Assembly: GCA_900299365.1 (NCBI GenBank) | Contig: OMJS01000013.1 | Coordinates: 939 to 64,938 of the forward strand | Length of the DNA stretch: 64,000 nucleotides | Source: Opitutales bacterium | Lineage (GTDB): Bacteria > Verrucomicrobiota > Verrucomicrobiia > Opitutales > Seribacteraceae | Direction of reading: 5' to 3' | Position numbers and translations under genes: made by a program | The notes under the pieces: model-generated | The model's database searches: none | Told to the model about the DNA's origin: nothing | The model's input: only the letters and a program-made list of their open reading frames with translations | Shown here: positions 27,928 through 38,651 of the stretch, one piece after another | Layout: each line of letters begins with the position of its first letter | Position numbering within the stretch: the first letter of the stretch is position 1

Positions 27928-29763
27928 TTATTCAAACAAACCCGCAGAATAAATGAGGAAACCCAAGGTACCAATTAGGAACCAAAAAGCATATGCATGG
28001 ATCTTACCAACATAACAGGCTTTAGCCAATAACGAGAAAAGTGCAGTCATTCCAGCAGCACCCCGAACCATCAAACCCGAAATAAAAAGTAACTCCATCA
28101 CTTCTAAAAAGCGGGCGGCAGGATCTTGGATTTTATTGATGTAAAACCGATATAACTCATCAAAAAAGAGTTTACTTTTGCAAATTTCGAAAAAGGTAGG
28201 AAATCGTACAGCAAGGGGATCAGTACTTTCTACTTTCCAGTAAAAAGACCTGGCAAAAACTAAGCCAATAATCCACGCAGCGGTACCCAAAACAACCATC
28301 CACATATGATTAGGGAGTGATGAGACAGTAGATAAGTCAGCCACAAGATAAGATCCCAACCTATTGGGATAAAAAGAAAAATAACCTCCAAAAATTGATA
28401 AAAGTGCGAGTATAACCAGCGGCCCGGTCATCAATATACTGTTCTCCTTGGCATGTTTAGCATTTTCGGATCTGGAGTAACCTTCAAAGGTAATAAAATA
28501 TAGCCTAAACATGTAAACAGAGGTAAGAACAGCTCCAGAATAGAGGATTATAAAAATTGGCAGATTAAAATTATAGGCCCACAGTAGAATGGCATCTTTG
28601 CTGAAGTAACCAGATAAAAAATTCACTCCGGAAATAGCAAGGACTCCGATCAAAAAGGTAAGTGCGGTAATGGGCATACGCTGCCGGAGACCACCATAAT
28701 TAAAAATGTCTTGTTCGTGATGACATGAATGAATAACAGACCCTGAACCTAAAAACATTAATGCTTTGAAAAAGGCATGGGTGGTTAAATGAAACAACGC
28801 AACCCCAGGCGCACCCAATCCAAAAGCAGCTGCCATGTAGCCAAGTTGAGAGAGTGTAGAATATGCTAAAATTTTCTTAATGTCTTTTTGCACAAGGGCA
28901 CAAAACCCAGCGTATAAGCCCATAACTGCACCCAACAAAGCAATCAGGCTCAGTGCCTCTTCTGTAAAAAGAAAGTCGATTCGTAACAATAGGTATATAC
29001 CAGCAGCAACCATGGTGGCAGCATGTATCAGAGCAGACACAGGAGTTGGTCCTGCCATTGCATCAGGCAGCCATACATGGAGCGGAAATTGAGCAGATTT
29101 TCCGATAAATCCACAAGCAAGTGCCAAGCAAAGAATGGTGGTGGTAAGGTTTGGTGAAAAATCAGCCAAGTCTGCTAGCTCAATAAGATTAACCGTTCCA
29201 AAAGACCAATAGGTTAAAACAATACCGATAAGAAAGCCAAAATCACCCACCCGGTTGGCAATAAATGCTTTGCGAGATGCTTTTGCCGCTTCATCTGTTT
29301 TGAAATAATGGGCGATAAGTAAATAGGAACTAAAACCGACAAGTTCCCAAAAAACAAAAATCATGATCAGGTTATCCGCCAATGTAATCCCCAACATGGA
29401 AAACATGAAAATTGATAGACCGCCAAAATATCTAGGTCGTGCTGGATCTTTCTCCATGTAACCAAGGCTAAATAGGTGAATAAGGAAACCAACAAACGCC
29501 ACAACAAAAAGGAGCAACCTAGCAGGCCCATCAATCAAAAATCCAAACCTTAATTCCCATCCTCCCATAGAAAACCAAGTTGCATCCCATGACATTACAT
29601 CATCTTCAAAATTAAAGATTAGTACCAATGCTAGGACCAGAATACCACCAGCTGTTGAAACAGACAACAAAGAGGCAATATTTCCTTTTTTACGGAGAAA
29701 AAACAAAGTCACCAGTGCAGACAACAAAGGCAAAAATAGCATACTCAAGGCTAAGACAACCAT
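27928..29763 (-). CDS. nuoL: NADH-quinone oxidoreductase subunit L
   Basis: 611 aa with the typical NuoL N-terminus and long C-terminal region. Position in the operon agrees. Confidence 0.92.
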   Translation of the reverse strand: MVVLALSMLFLPLLSALVTLFFLRKKGNIASLLSVSTAGGILVLALVLIFNFEDDVMSWDATWFSMGGWELRFGFLIDGPARLLLFVVAFVGFLIHLFSLGYMEKDPARPRYFGGLSIFMFSMLGITLADNLIMIFVFWELVGFSSYLLIAHYFKTDEAAKASRKAFIANRVGDFGFLIGIVLTYWSFGTVNLIELADLADFSPNLTTTILCLALACGFIGKSAQFPLHVWLPDAMAGPTPVSALIHAATMVAAGIYLLLRIDFLFTEEALSLIALLGAVMGLYAGFCALVQKDIKKILAYSTLSQLGYMAAAFGLGAPGVALFHLTTHAFFKALMFLGSGSVIHSCHHEQDIFNYGGLRQRMPITALTFLIGVLAISGVNFLSGYFSKDAILLWAYNFNLPIFIILYSGAVLTSVYMFRLYFITFEGYSRSENAKHAKENSILMTGPLVILALLSIFGGYFSFYPNRLGSYLVADLSTVSSLPNHMWMVVLGTAAWIIGLVFARSFYWKVESTDPLAVRFPTFFEICKSKLFFDELYRFYINKIQDPAARFLEVMELLFISGLMVRGAAGMTALFSLLAKACYVGKIHAYAFWFLIGTLGFLIYSAGLFE

Positions 29764-29769
29764 CGTAAA

Positions 29770-30078
29770 TTAATTTCTTAGTAGGCCCATATCGTCGGAC
29801 AAAACCGTTTTTCGTTTTTTGTACAAAGCAACCAACAAAGCGAGACCAACTGCAACTTCTGCAGCTGCCACAGTCATAATAAAAAATACCAAAATGCCCC
29901 CATCTAAATTGTACCCCACTCTGGAAAAGGTAAGCAGAGCAACATTTATACCGTTGAGCATGAGCTCCAATGACATAAGCATTAACAAGACATTTCGACG
30001 CACCAATAACCCCAAGAATCCAATTCCAATTAGCAAAAAGGAGAGAAGTAAAAAATGCTGAGGAGTTACGGTTAACAT
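29770..30078 (-). CDS. nuoK: NADH-quinone oxidoreductase subunit K
   Basis: 102 aa, 3 TM, with the conserved AAAEVAVGLALL. Confidence 0.92.
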   Translation of the reverse strand: MLTVTPQHFLLLSFLLIGIGFLGLLVRRNVLLMLMSLELMLNGINVALLTFSRVGYNLDGGILVFFIMTVAAAEVAVGLALLVALYKKRKTVLSDDMGLLRN

Positions 30079-30096
30079 GTTCTTCTGTATCTTGAT

Positions 30097-30669
30097 TTAG
30101 GAATCATTTTCCCTAGGATCAGACTTTTTGCTCAGAATAATCACACCGATCATTGCGGCTAACAGCATAAAACCAGAGATTTGTACAGGCAGCATATATT
30201 TGGTCATCAATCCATATCCAAAAGAGGACACATTGGTGGAAAAAGGTAGAATATCTTCAGCTGAAGATACCCCCAGCTTTGGATCCGGCCATGGCGACTC
30301 AGAGTCCGGTGACCAAATATAACCCGCTTCACCTCCGAGTAAAAAAAGAACGAAAACAAGTGAAATGGATGAAAGCAAACCAAGAATACCGACTTTCCAG
30401 TGTACAATTTTTTGCTTGGCCGCATTTGGACCAACATCCAGAAGCATGATTATAAATAAGAAAAGAACCATTACTGCTCCAGCATAGACTAAGACCTGTA
30501 AAACCGCTAAAAAGAACGCATCAAGTAAAACAAAGAGAGCCGCTATTGCGACCAAAGATACAATCATGAACATAGCAGCTGATACAGGGTGCTTGGAAAA
30601 TACCATAGACAACCCCCCCCCCACAGAAAGGACCGCAAAAACCCAAAAGAGAAAATCAACGGCACTCAT
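30097..30669 (-). CDS. nuoJ: NADH-quinone oxidoreductase subunit J
   Basis: 190-aa membrane subunit; assigned by operon position and the YAGAVMVLFLF motif. Confidence 0.88.
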   Translation of the reverse strand: MSAVDFLFWVFAVLSVGGGLSMVFSKHPVSAAMFMIVSLVAIAALFVLLDAFFLAVLQVLVYAGAVMVLFLFIIMLLDVGPNAAKQKIVHWKVGILGLLSSISLVFVLFLLGGEAGYIWSPDSESPWPDPKLGVSSAEDILPFSTNVSSFGYGLMTKYMLPVQISGFMLLAAMIGVIILSKKSDPRENDS

Positions 30670-30693
30670 GAAAGTAAATAATCGACTGGTAAA

Positions 30694-31239
30694 TTAATGG
30701 GCATTCCCTAGTTCTTCCGCTTCTTTCTTCTTGTCCCATTTGTAATGGTGATCAGGTAAAGTACCCCCAAGTTCATAAAGCTTTTGTTTATTATTAACCA
30801 TCTCTTCTCGACTGTAACCAGATGATGAATATTGATCTTGCAGAAAAATTGCTTCCTCTGGGCAAACCTCTTGACAATATCCACAATAAATACAGCGCAA
30901 CATATTGATTTCAAATTCTTGAGGAGCTTTTTCGACATGTTCACGATCTTCTTGATCATCGGGCACACTTCCTGGTGTGATACGAATGGCTTTGGGAGGG
31001 CAAACAAATTCACACAACTGACAAGAGACACACTTCTCACGACCATTAGGATCTTTAACCAGCGTAGGAACCCCGCGATAATTGTTGGGTATGACAGGTT
31101 TTTCCTCAGGATACTGGAGAGTAACTTTCGGTTTGAACATATTACTGAAAGTGGTCTTCAGTCCGGTCACAATCTGAGGAAGGTAGGTTCTTTCGGAAAG
31201 TGATAAGGGTTTCCGCTCTAATACAACAGTTTTAGCCAT
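30694..31239 (-). CDS. nuoI: NADH-quinone oxidoreductase subunit I (2x[4Fe-4S])
   Basis: Two ferredoxin motifs: CVSCQLCEFVCP and CIYCGYCQEVCP. Confidence 0.93.
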   Translation of the reverse strand: MAKTVVLERKPLSLSERTYLPQIVTGLKTTFSNMFKPKVTLQYPEEKPVIPNNYRGVPTLVKDPNGREKCVSCQLCEFVCPPKAIRITPGSVPDDQEDREHVEKAPQEFEINMLRCIYCGYCQEVCPEEAIFLQDQYSSSGYSREEMVNNKQKLYELGGTLPDHHYKWDKKKEAEELGNAH

Positions 31240-31245
31240 AGTGGG

Positions 31246-32382
31246 TCAAAAGGGAGTAGAATTGCTCTGGTCAATCAGGGTGACAATTATCACATAAACG
31301 ATCAAATTAGCCAAGGCCAGAGGTAACAATTTTGTCCATCCAAGGTGCATAACTTGATCATAACGAAAACGAGGTAAGGTCCAGCGAATCCAAATAAAAA
31401 AGAAAATTAAAAAAACAGTCTTGGCCAGAAACCACCCTACCCCAAGCAATGTTCCAATCCAGTTAGCGGGCCATGGGTCGTTCATGAATGGAAGAAAATG
31501 CCACCCTCCTAAGAAAAGCAGGGTAAAGATAGCAGAGCCAATGACAATGTGGGCATACTCAGCAACAAAGAAAATACCGAACTTAAAACTTCCATATTCC
31601 GTATGGAACCCACCCACTAAATCGGTTTCAGATTCCGGCATATCGAAAGGTAATCTATTGGTTTCGGCAAATAGAGCGATTAGAAAAACCAGTGCAGATA
31701 CAGGTTGAACAAGGAATAGCCAAGCTGCACCTTCCTGAGAATTAGCAATACCTGAAATACTGAGCCCGGATTCTTGGGCACCAGGAACTGCAACCCATAA
31801 AAAAACTGGCAGCAAAGATAGACCCATTGCTAACTCATAGGAAATCATCTGAGCAGATGAGCGAATTCCTCCAAGGAACGAATATTTATTATTGGAAGAC
31901 CATCCAGCTAGGGCAATCCCGTAGACACCCAGTGAAGAAACCGCAAAAACAAATAAGATTCCTACTTCCAGATCAGCCAAGGCAAGGATGGAAGTGGTAC
32001 CGTCAGGCCAATACATCTGGCCGAATGGAAGAACCGTCATGGTGGTAAGAGCAGGGACGAGTGCAACCAATGGAGCTAAGTAATAATAGAATTTATTAAC
32101 ATGCCCAGGAACGATTTCTTCTTTAAATAGAAATTTGAGTCCATCTGCGAGTGGTTGGAAAATACCAAGCTTTCTCAAAAAAGGACCGATAATTGGAATG
32201 TAATCGATGAAAGGAAGAGCGGTGCGATTCGGCCCTACCCTGCCCTGCATCCACGCACTTACTTTGCGTTCTGCAAGTACTGAATAGCCAGCCATCGTCA
32301 TAACTGCACCAATCATCATCAAGGCGAAAAAAACTTTCAGTCCGACTGAAAACCAAACATTTTGTGGCAACCAATCAAACAT
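31246..32382 (-). CDS. nuoH: NADH-quinone oxidoreductase subunit H
   Basis: AERKVSAWMQGRVGPNR and NRLPFDMPESETDLVGGFHTEY are NuoH/ND1 hallmarks. Confidence 0.93.
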   Translation of the reverse strand: MFDWLPQNVWFSVGLKVFFALMMIGAVMTMAGYSVLAERKVSAWMQGRVGPNRTALPFIDYIPIIGPFLRKLGIFQPLADGLKFLFKEEIVPGHVNKFYYYLAPLVALVPALTTMTVLPFGQMYWPDGTTSILALADLEVGILFVFAVSSLGVYGIALAGWSSNNKYSFLGGIRSSAQMISYELAMGLSLLPVFLWVAVPGAQESGLSISGIANSQEGAAWLFLVQPVSALVFLIALFAETNRLPFDMPESETDLVGGFHTEYGSFKFGIFFVAEYAHIVIGSAIFTLLFLGGWHFLPFMNDPWPANWIGTLLGVGWFLAKTVFLIFFFIWIRWTLPRFRYDQVMHLGWTKLLPLALANLIVYVIIVTLIDQSNSTPF

Positions 32383-32386
32383 AAAA

Positions 32387-34075
32387 TCAGCTCGCTAAGG
32401 GCCTGTAATTTAAGGCTTCTTTTTCCACAAAGTTCAATTGTGACCACCTCGATCCGTCCAATTGAACCGGTGCTACTTTTAAATCCGCATAGGTAATTGA
32501 GGAAAGAAGATCGATTTGACCTGAGTTTACTAACTCCCAGATAGAATCGAGATTTGTAGAAATACATTCTTCATTCGATAACTGAGCAATAATTGCAGAT
32601 AGTACCTCGGCTTGGCTTTTTAGACCAACCGGTCCAGGAATACATAATTCAAAAGACTGAAGTAGGAAAGAACGATTGATAAAAGATCCCCCTTTTTCAA
32701 ACACAGATAATCCCGGCAAGACGATATCGGCATTTTGAGAAGATGAATTAGAATGGGTGCCGATGTAAACCACTTTAACCTTGGCTAAATTTTCTTCACT
32801 TATACCCGATTTGATCAGATCTTCGTTCATGACCAATAAAACTTCAACATCTCCCTTGGTAATGGCATCGTTCAAAGCGAGTAAATTATCCTCTGGATAT
32901 TCTTGAATTAATCCAGTAACAAGTGCCCCTCTCAGATTGGGGGACCGGTCGGCAGATAGCAAGATGCCATCATCTTCTCCGAAATGACCCCGCAAAAATA
33001 TTTCAGCCTTGGTCAAATCGGCCAACTTTTTGGTCAGAATTTGCTCTTCCAAGGTAGAATGACAACTTGCAACCAACCCAATTTTATTTTCTTGGAGTAT
33101 ATTTACCGCAGAGGAAATCGTTTCGTTTAGAGGTTGATCCTCACCCTTTACAGATGGTCTTAGGATTCGGTCTTCTGACCTAACGGTTTTGTAAATTTCT
33201 CGGCCACTGTCGGTCATCCAGGTATCATTTACTAAATCATTTCGACATGGTGTAATTCGCTGAATGACACCTTCTCTACTCGACACTGTAGTGTTACAAC
33301 CAGCACTACTTTCAACACATATACTTTTAGACTCCTTGAGGAACCATACCCGCATTTTGAATCTGAAGTCAGTACTGGTCAATGCACCAACAGGACATAT
33401 ATCAACGGTATTAAGAGAGTAGTTGTTGGATAGCTCTTTTCCAGGAAAACAAGTTAAAGTTGAAAAACTTCCCCGATCGACAAAGCCAAGCACATCATCT
33501 TTAGCAACCTCCTGAGAAAATCGTATACAGCGGGAGCAAAGAATACAACGTTCATCATCTAGGGTAACTCTTGGGCCAAGCCTCGTTCTCTTGGGTTTGA
33601 CATTTTTCCTCTCAACATACCGGCTATACCCACGACCATAGTCCGTGGCAAATTCTTGCAATCGGCATTCCCCGGCTTGGTCACATATAGGACAATCGAG
33701 GGGATGATTAACTAGTAAAAATTCCATGATACCTTCCCTGCACTCGCTTACTAAATCAGATTCCGTACGCAGGTGCATCCCCGAAGAAACATTGGTAGCA
33801 CATCCGATAACTGGTTTAGGCACCCATCCAATTTTAGGACTGCCATCCTCTTCAAGAATTGGCTCTCCGGTTGCACGGTCTCTCATAGGAGTTCCCATCT
33901 CGACAAGACACATTCTGCAATTCCCAGCCACACTTAATTTTGGATGGTAACAATAATGAGGAACTTCATGACCGTGAAGAGCAGCAGCTTCTACCGCATT
34001 CATACCATTGGGAACTTCAACTTCTAGCCCATTTAAGTTTATGGTAATCAGCTCTTCTTTGGTTGGAGAAATCAT
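32387..34075 (-). CDS. nuoG: NADH-quinone oxidoreductase subunit G (short form, 562 aa)
   Basis: Cys motifs for the N-terminal [2Fe-2S] and [4Fe-4S] clusters: CYHPKLSVAGNCRMC, HPLDCPICDQAGEC, CILCSRC and CPVGAL. Confidence 0.9.
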   Translation of the reverse strand: MISPTKEELITINLNGLEVEVPNGMNAVEAAALHGHEVPHYCYHPKLSVAGNCRMCLVEMGTPMRDRATGEPILEEDGSPKIGWVPKPVIGCATNVSSGMHLRTESDLVSECREGIMEFLLVNHPLDCPICDQAGECRLQEFATDYGRGYSRYVERKNVKPKRTRLGPRVTLDDERCILCSRCIRFSQEVAKDDVLGFVDRGSFSTLTCFPGKELSNNYSLNTVDICPVGALTSTDFRFKMRVWFLKESKSICVESSAGCNTTVSSREGVIQRITPCRNDLVNDTWMTDSGREIYKTVRSEDRILRPSVKGEDQPLNETISSAVNILQENKIGLVASCHSTLEEQILTKKLADLTKAEIFLRGHFGEDDGILLSADRSPNLRGALVTGLIQEYPEDNLLALNDAITKGDVEVLLVMNEDLIKSGISEENLAKVKVVYIGTHSNSSSQNADIVLPGLSVFEKGGSFINRSFLLQSFELCIPGPVGLKSQAEVLSAIIAQLSNEECISTNLDSIWELVNSGQIDLLSSITYADLKVAPVQLDGSRWSQLNFVEKEALNYRPLAS

Positions 34076-34086
34076 GATACTTCGAA

Positions 34087-35445
34087 TTAAATCAACTGGA
34101 GCGTTTGAGGATTTCTATCATCAGACGATTCAGATGCTTTTTTTATGAAATCATCCTTAAACTTAGTAACAAAGCTCTGAGTCGGCCAGGCAGCAGCCTC
34201 TCCAAATGCACAAATAGTTCGGCCTTCAATTTGTTTGGCCACCGAAAGAAGAAGATCAGCATCCTCTTCTCTTGCCCCACCCGAACACATACGTTGAGTA
34301 ATTTTACGCATCCATAAAGACCCCTCTCGACAGGGAGTGCACTGACCACATGATTCATGAGCGTAAAAAGCATTAATATTGGCCATCGCCTCAACGATAT
34401 CAACGGTATCGTCCATGACTATTATTCCACCAGACCCAGACATACTTCCCGCAGCCATTGGTCCGTCGAAATCCAAAGGAATATCTTCCAGTCCCCAATC
34501 GAATTCAGATCCATCTTTTAGGGTACCAGTAAATCTTTCGTCTGCACGCAACACTTTGGCGGATGAACCACCAGGTATAACTGCTTTCAGGGAACGACCG
34601 GGAAGCAACCCTCCGCAAACATCAAAGATCAATTGCCCCATAGTTAGAGCACCACATTCAAACTCGTAATACCCTGGCTTCATGACCTGTCCAGAAACGC
34701 ACCAAATACGGGTACCAGTATTATTCGGTTTACCAATTTTAGAAAATTCTTCCCCCCCCATTTCAATGATGTGCCGAACATTGCACAGGGTTTCCACATT
34801 ATTGACGATTGTTGGGCATTGATACAATCCCAACACTGCAGGAAAATAAGGTGGTTTAATACGAGGATTCGGGCGTTTTCCTTCCAGGGATTCAATCAGA
34901 CCCGTTTCTTCACCACAAATATAAGCTCCTGCCCCTCGGTGAACTACCAAGTCACATGAATACTCAGACCCTAAAATATTATCTCCACAATAGCCGTTTT
35001 CCTTCGCCTCAGTGATCGCTTGGTTTAAAATACGGGCACCCTCGTGAAACTCTGCCCGGATGTAAATAAAAGCTTGTTTTGCTCCAATTGCATAGGCTGC
35101 AATCATCATGCCTTCAATGAGTTGATGGGGGTCTTTGTACATTATCTGCCGATCTTTAAATGTACCGGGTTCCGACTCATCTGCGTTGCAGATGAGATAA
35201 ATTGGTTTACCCGATTTCCTGTCGAGAAATTTCCATTTCATACCAGCAGGAAAACCAGCTCCTCCACGTCCCCTGACCCCAGATTTGAGTACTTCCTCAC
35301 CAACTTCTTCAGGTTTCATCCCAAATGCTTTTTTCAGAACCTCATATCCACCTTCACGCAAATAACAGCTGATTCGATTGGAATAGGTTGGATCATCGGC
35401 ATGTTTCAAAATGATCCTTCTTTCTTTAGGCGTTTGTTCGTTCAT
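34087..35445 (-). CDS. nuoF: NADH-quinone oxidoreductase subunit F
   Basis: GRGGAGFPAGMKW (FMN/NADH site), CNADESEPGTFKDR and ESCGQCTPCREG. Confidence 0.95.
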   Translation of the reverse strand: MNEQTPKERRIILKHADDPTYSNRISCYLREGGYEVLKKAFGMKPEEVGEEVLKSGVRGRGGAGFPAGMKWKFLDRKSGKPIYLICNADESEPGTFKDRQIMYKDPHQLIEGMMIAAYAIGAKQAFIYIRAEFHEGARILNQAITEAKENGYCGDNILGSEYSCDLVVHRGAGAYICGEETGLIESLEGKRPNPRIKPPYFPAVLGLYQCPTIVNNVETLCNVRHIIEMGGEEFSKIGKPNNTGTRIWCVSGQVMKPGYYEFECGALTMGQLIFDVCGGLLPGRSLKAVIPGGSSAKVLRADERFTGTLKDGSEFDWGLEDIPLDFDGPMAAGSMSGSGGIIVMDDTVDIVEAMANINAFYAHESCGQCTPCREGSLWMRKITQRMCSGGAREEDADLLLSVAKQIEGRTICAFGEAAAWPTQSFVTKFKDDFIKKASESSDDRNPQTLQLI

Positions 35446-35469
35446 CGGAAATATTCGAAAACTAAAATT

Positions 35470-36012
35470 TTACTCACCCTCAATGAGGGAATCTTCATAA
35501 CTTTTGAATTGTTCGGAATTTTCTAATTTCCCGTCCAATAAAAGATCTGCAAAACTATCTGCTCTTTCTCCCTCAATATTTTCGTAGGTTTTTTCATCAA
35601 CAATCACAACGGGACCTTGACCACAGTCTGCAAGACATTCCATAAATTCCAAGGAATACTCGCCGTCTTCACGAACATGCCCTTCTTTTACCCCAAATTT
35701 TTTCTCAAAAGTTTTGCAAGTGGCATATGAACCCCTAAGGGCGCATGGCAATGTCCTGCAAACTCTAACATGTTTTCTTCCCCATGGTTTTTCCCGGAGC
35801 ATTGGGTAGAATGTAATCAATTCCTTGATGTTAATTGGTTGGAGGTTCAGGCGTTGGGCAATCCATTCACAGGCAAGATCATTCACCGCACCTAATTCAT
35901 CCTGCACCAAATGAATGACCATCAATGCAGCACTTCGTTTTTCTGGGTACTTTGGCACAACTTCATCAATTTTAGATAAAGTCTGATCAGAAAGCTTTAG
36001 GGAATTTTCCAT
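35470..36012 (-). CDS. nuoE: NADH-quinone oxidoreductase subunit E
   Basis: Thioredoxin-like [2Fe-2S] motifs VCRTLPCALRG and CLADCGQGPV. ATG at 36012 lies immediately after the nuoD stop. Confidence 0.9.
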   Translation of the reverse strand: MENSLKLSDQTLSKIDEVVPKYPEKRSAALMVIHLVQDELGAVNDLACEWIAQRLNLQPINIKELITFYPMLREKPWGRKHVRVCRTLPCALRGSYATCKTFEKKFGVKEGHVREDGEYSLEFMECLADCGQGPVVIVDEKTYENIEGERADSFADLLLDGKLENSEQFKSYEDSLIEGE

Positions 36013-36013
36013 A

Positions 36014-37246
36014 TTAACGATCACACTCCCCCATAACGAAATCAAGGCTACCTAAAATCACAGTAATATCACTTAACATGTGTCCTGGGACTAATTTTTC
36101 AAGAATGGAAAGATTACAAAAGCTAGGGGCTCTAATTTTAAGTCGGTATGGCACTCCACCACCCTTGGATACTAAGTAAAAACCGAGTGCACCCTTAGGG
36201 TTTTCAGCCTCAAAATAAACCTCACCTGCGGGCACCTGCGGACCTTCAGTTACAATCATGAAGTTTTGAATCAATTCCTCCATACTGGTCATAATTTTTT
36301 CCTTTGGTGGAGCAAAGATCTTTCGGGCGTCTTCAGCGTACCACAGACCACCTGGCATCGAGGCGATTACTTGCTTAATAATCAAGATACTTTGCCTGAC
36401 TTCCTCTATGCGTACTAGGTAACGGTCATAACAGTCTCCTTTTGTGCCGATAGGTACATCAAATTCATATTTTTCATATCCACTGTATGGCTTATCTTTA
36501 CGCAGGTCTAAGTCCACTCCACTAGCACGAAGGTTGGGCCCAGTGATACCAAAAGCTATAGCATCATCCTTTGAAATAGTTCCAATCCCCTCGGTTCTGT
36601 CTAAAAAGATACGATTACGGGTAAGAAGTTTTTCAACTTCATCGATTGCTCTGGGTAGTTCATCCACAAACTTTTCAACTTTACTCAACCAACCTTCAGG
36701 AAGGTCACGGGCAACTCCACCGATACGGGTAAAACTTGTGGTAAAACGAGCACCAGTAAGTTCTTCAAATAAAGTATACAATTTTTCCCGCTCGGTAAAG
36801 GTATACATAAAGGGAGTCCAAGCACCTGCATCCATTCCAAAAACTCCCATACCAAGCAAATGACTGGATATACGAGCCATTTCGCAAATAAGAACACGAA
36901 TAGCTTCACATCTCTCAGGCAACTGAATATCAGTTAATTTCTCTACGGTAATGGCGTAGGCCACATTGTTGGCCAAAGGTGCTAGATAATCAAGTCTGTC
37001 AGTGTAAGGAACAAACTGATTATAGGTCATATTCTCAGCAATTTTTTCATCGCCACGATGAAGATACCCGAGGACTGGTTGGCAATTGGTTATCAAATCA
37101 CCATCCAGTTCCATCAACAATCGAAGCACGCCATGAGTAGTGGGGTGTGAAGGACCTACATTAAGGGCCATTTTATCACCATCTAAATGAGATGCAGCCT
37201 GCGCCCCAATATCGCCTATATGTACTTCTTTTGTCGTTGTGCTCAC
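36014..37246 (-). CDS. nuoD: NADH-quinone oxidoreductase subunit D
   Basis: LNVGPSHPTTHGVLRL and the C-terminal MGECDR. GTG at 37246 forms a GTGA overlap with the nuoC stop; the ORF-track start at 37273 is TTG. Confidence 0.92.
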   Translation of the reverse strand: MSTTTKEVHIGDIGAQAASHLDGDKMALNVGPSHPTTHGVLRLLMELDGDLITNCQPVLGYLHRGDEKIAENMTYNQFVPYTDRLDYLAPLANNVAYAITVEKLTDIQLPERCEAIRVLICEMARISSHLLGMGVFGMDAGAWTPFMYTFTEREKLYTLFEELTGARFTTSFTRIGGVARDLPEGWLSKVEKFVDELPRAIDEVEKLLTRNRIFLDRTEGIGTISKDDAIAFGITGPNLRASGVDLDLRKDKPYSGYEKYEFDVPIGTKGDCYDRYLVRIEEVRQSILIIKQVIASMPGGLWYAEDARKIFAPPKEKIMTSMEELIQNFMIVTEGPQVPAGEVYFEAENPKGALGFYLVSKGGGVPYRLKIRAPSFCNLSILEKLVPGHMLSDITVILGSLDFVMGECDR

Positions 37247-37860
37247 AATGGTTTTTCGGCGTCTTCCGACCAACTCTCGTCCTTCGCCCTTGGTTCTGCA
37301 TTACTCATTCTGCCAGTTCCGGGAGAGACAAATGGACCACCCATCATGGGGGCAGGATCGACATCAGCACCCGTCACTTCGGATACATCTGCAGCAGGCA
37401 AAGGTACCTCGACCCCAGCCAAAGGAAACTCTTTTCTTAAGGGAAAATAAGGATAATCATCCCACATTAAAATTCTTTTTAAATTTGGATGTTCTGAAAA
37501 TTTTATTCCAAACATATCAAAGGTTTCCCGTTCATGCCAATTCGCAGCGGGGAATACAGAACTGACTGATGGAACAAGGGGACAATCGTTATCCAAACAA
37601 TTCGCATGAATACGAAGATATGACTTATGGATCAGGGAATAAAGATGCAAGACAACAGAAAAACGGATTTCCGCTTCAACTCCGTGATCAATCGCCGTGA
37701 GATCAACCAGAAGGTCGAATGTTTCTTCATCACGTAAATGAAGGCAAATTTTGGGCAGGTATTCGGGTTCGCAAGATATGGTGAGGCAGTCATCTTGGTG
37801 CACTACCTTAATGCAGTCATGTCCCGCAAGGAGGGATTTGACGAAATCCTCGTCAATCAT
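37243..37860 (-). CDS. nuoC: NADH-quinone oxidoreductase subunit C
   Basis: FPAANWHERETFDMFGIKFSEHPNLKRIL. Confidence 0.92.
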   Translation of the reverse strand: MIDEDFVKSLLAGHDCIKVVHQDDCLTISCEPEYLPKICLHLRDEETFDLLVDLTAIDHGVEAEIRFSVVLHLYSLIHKSYLRIHANCLDNDCPLVPSVSSVFPAANWHERETFDMFGIKFSEHPNLKRILMWDDYPYFPLRKEFPLAGVEVPLPAADVSEVTGADVDPAPMMGGPFVSPGTGRMSNAEPRAKDESWSEDAEKPL

Positions 37861-37864
37861 CGAA

Positions 37865-38389
37865 TCAGGAAGCTAGAATGTTTTCGGGTTTTTTGGACAA
37901 GTTTTTTATTGCCGATTCATTCCCGATTTTGTCCTGCAATTTCATCATCGCATCCAATAAAGCTTCCGGACGCGGCGGACATCCACTTACATAGACATCA
38001 ACAGGCACGACGTTATCTACTCCCTGCATTACAGCATAAGACCGGTACATACCACCGGTTGACGCACAAGCTCCCATGGCAACCACCCACTTGGGGTCGC
38101 CCATCTGATCGTAAATACGGCGCACCACTTCCGCCATTTTGTATGTCACCGTACCCGCAACGATCATACAGTCGGATTGACGGGGTGAAAAACGCATAAC
38201 TTCCATCCCAAAGCGGGAAATATCATAGCGTGAGGCGGCAGATGCCATCAATTCGATTGCACAGCAGGCTAATCCCATAGGCATTGGCCATACAGAATGT
38301 TTTCTTATCCAATTTACAACAGCATCTGCACGGGTGACAATAACCTCACCTTCCACCTTGCTGTTGTAACCTATTTCATTGGAAACCAT
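37865..38389 (-). CDS. nuoB: NADH-quinone oxidoreductase subunit B
   Basis: [13 protein letters not shown] and GACASTGG...SGCPPRPE cluster N2 ligand motifs. Confidence 0.95.
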   Translation of the reverse strand: MVSNEIGYNSKVEGEVIVTRADAVVNWIRKHSVWPMPMGLACCAIELMASAASRYDISRFGMEVMRFSPRQSDCMIVAGTVTYKMAEVVRRIYDQMGDPKWVVAMGACASTGGMYRSYAVMQGVDNVVPVDVYVSGCPPRPEALLDAMMKLQDKIGNESAIKNLSKKPENILAS

Positions 38390-38546
38390 TAAATCTTTTC
38401 TAGATAAATAATTTAAACAAGCAAACCAGAAAACAAATCACAGGATATTCTCAAATTCTTCTAATTCTCACAACAACCTCAGATTCTTTTGAACATTGAC
38501 TGGAAAGGTATCCTTATACATTTATAGATACTCTTTTCGGTGTCTT

Positions 38547-38634
<88 letters not shown>

Positions 38635-38651
38635 TTTGGCCAGCTAATTCG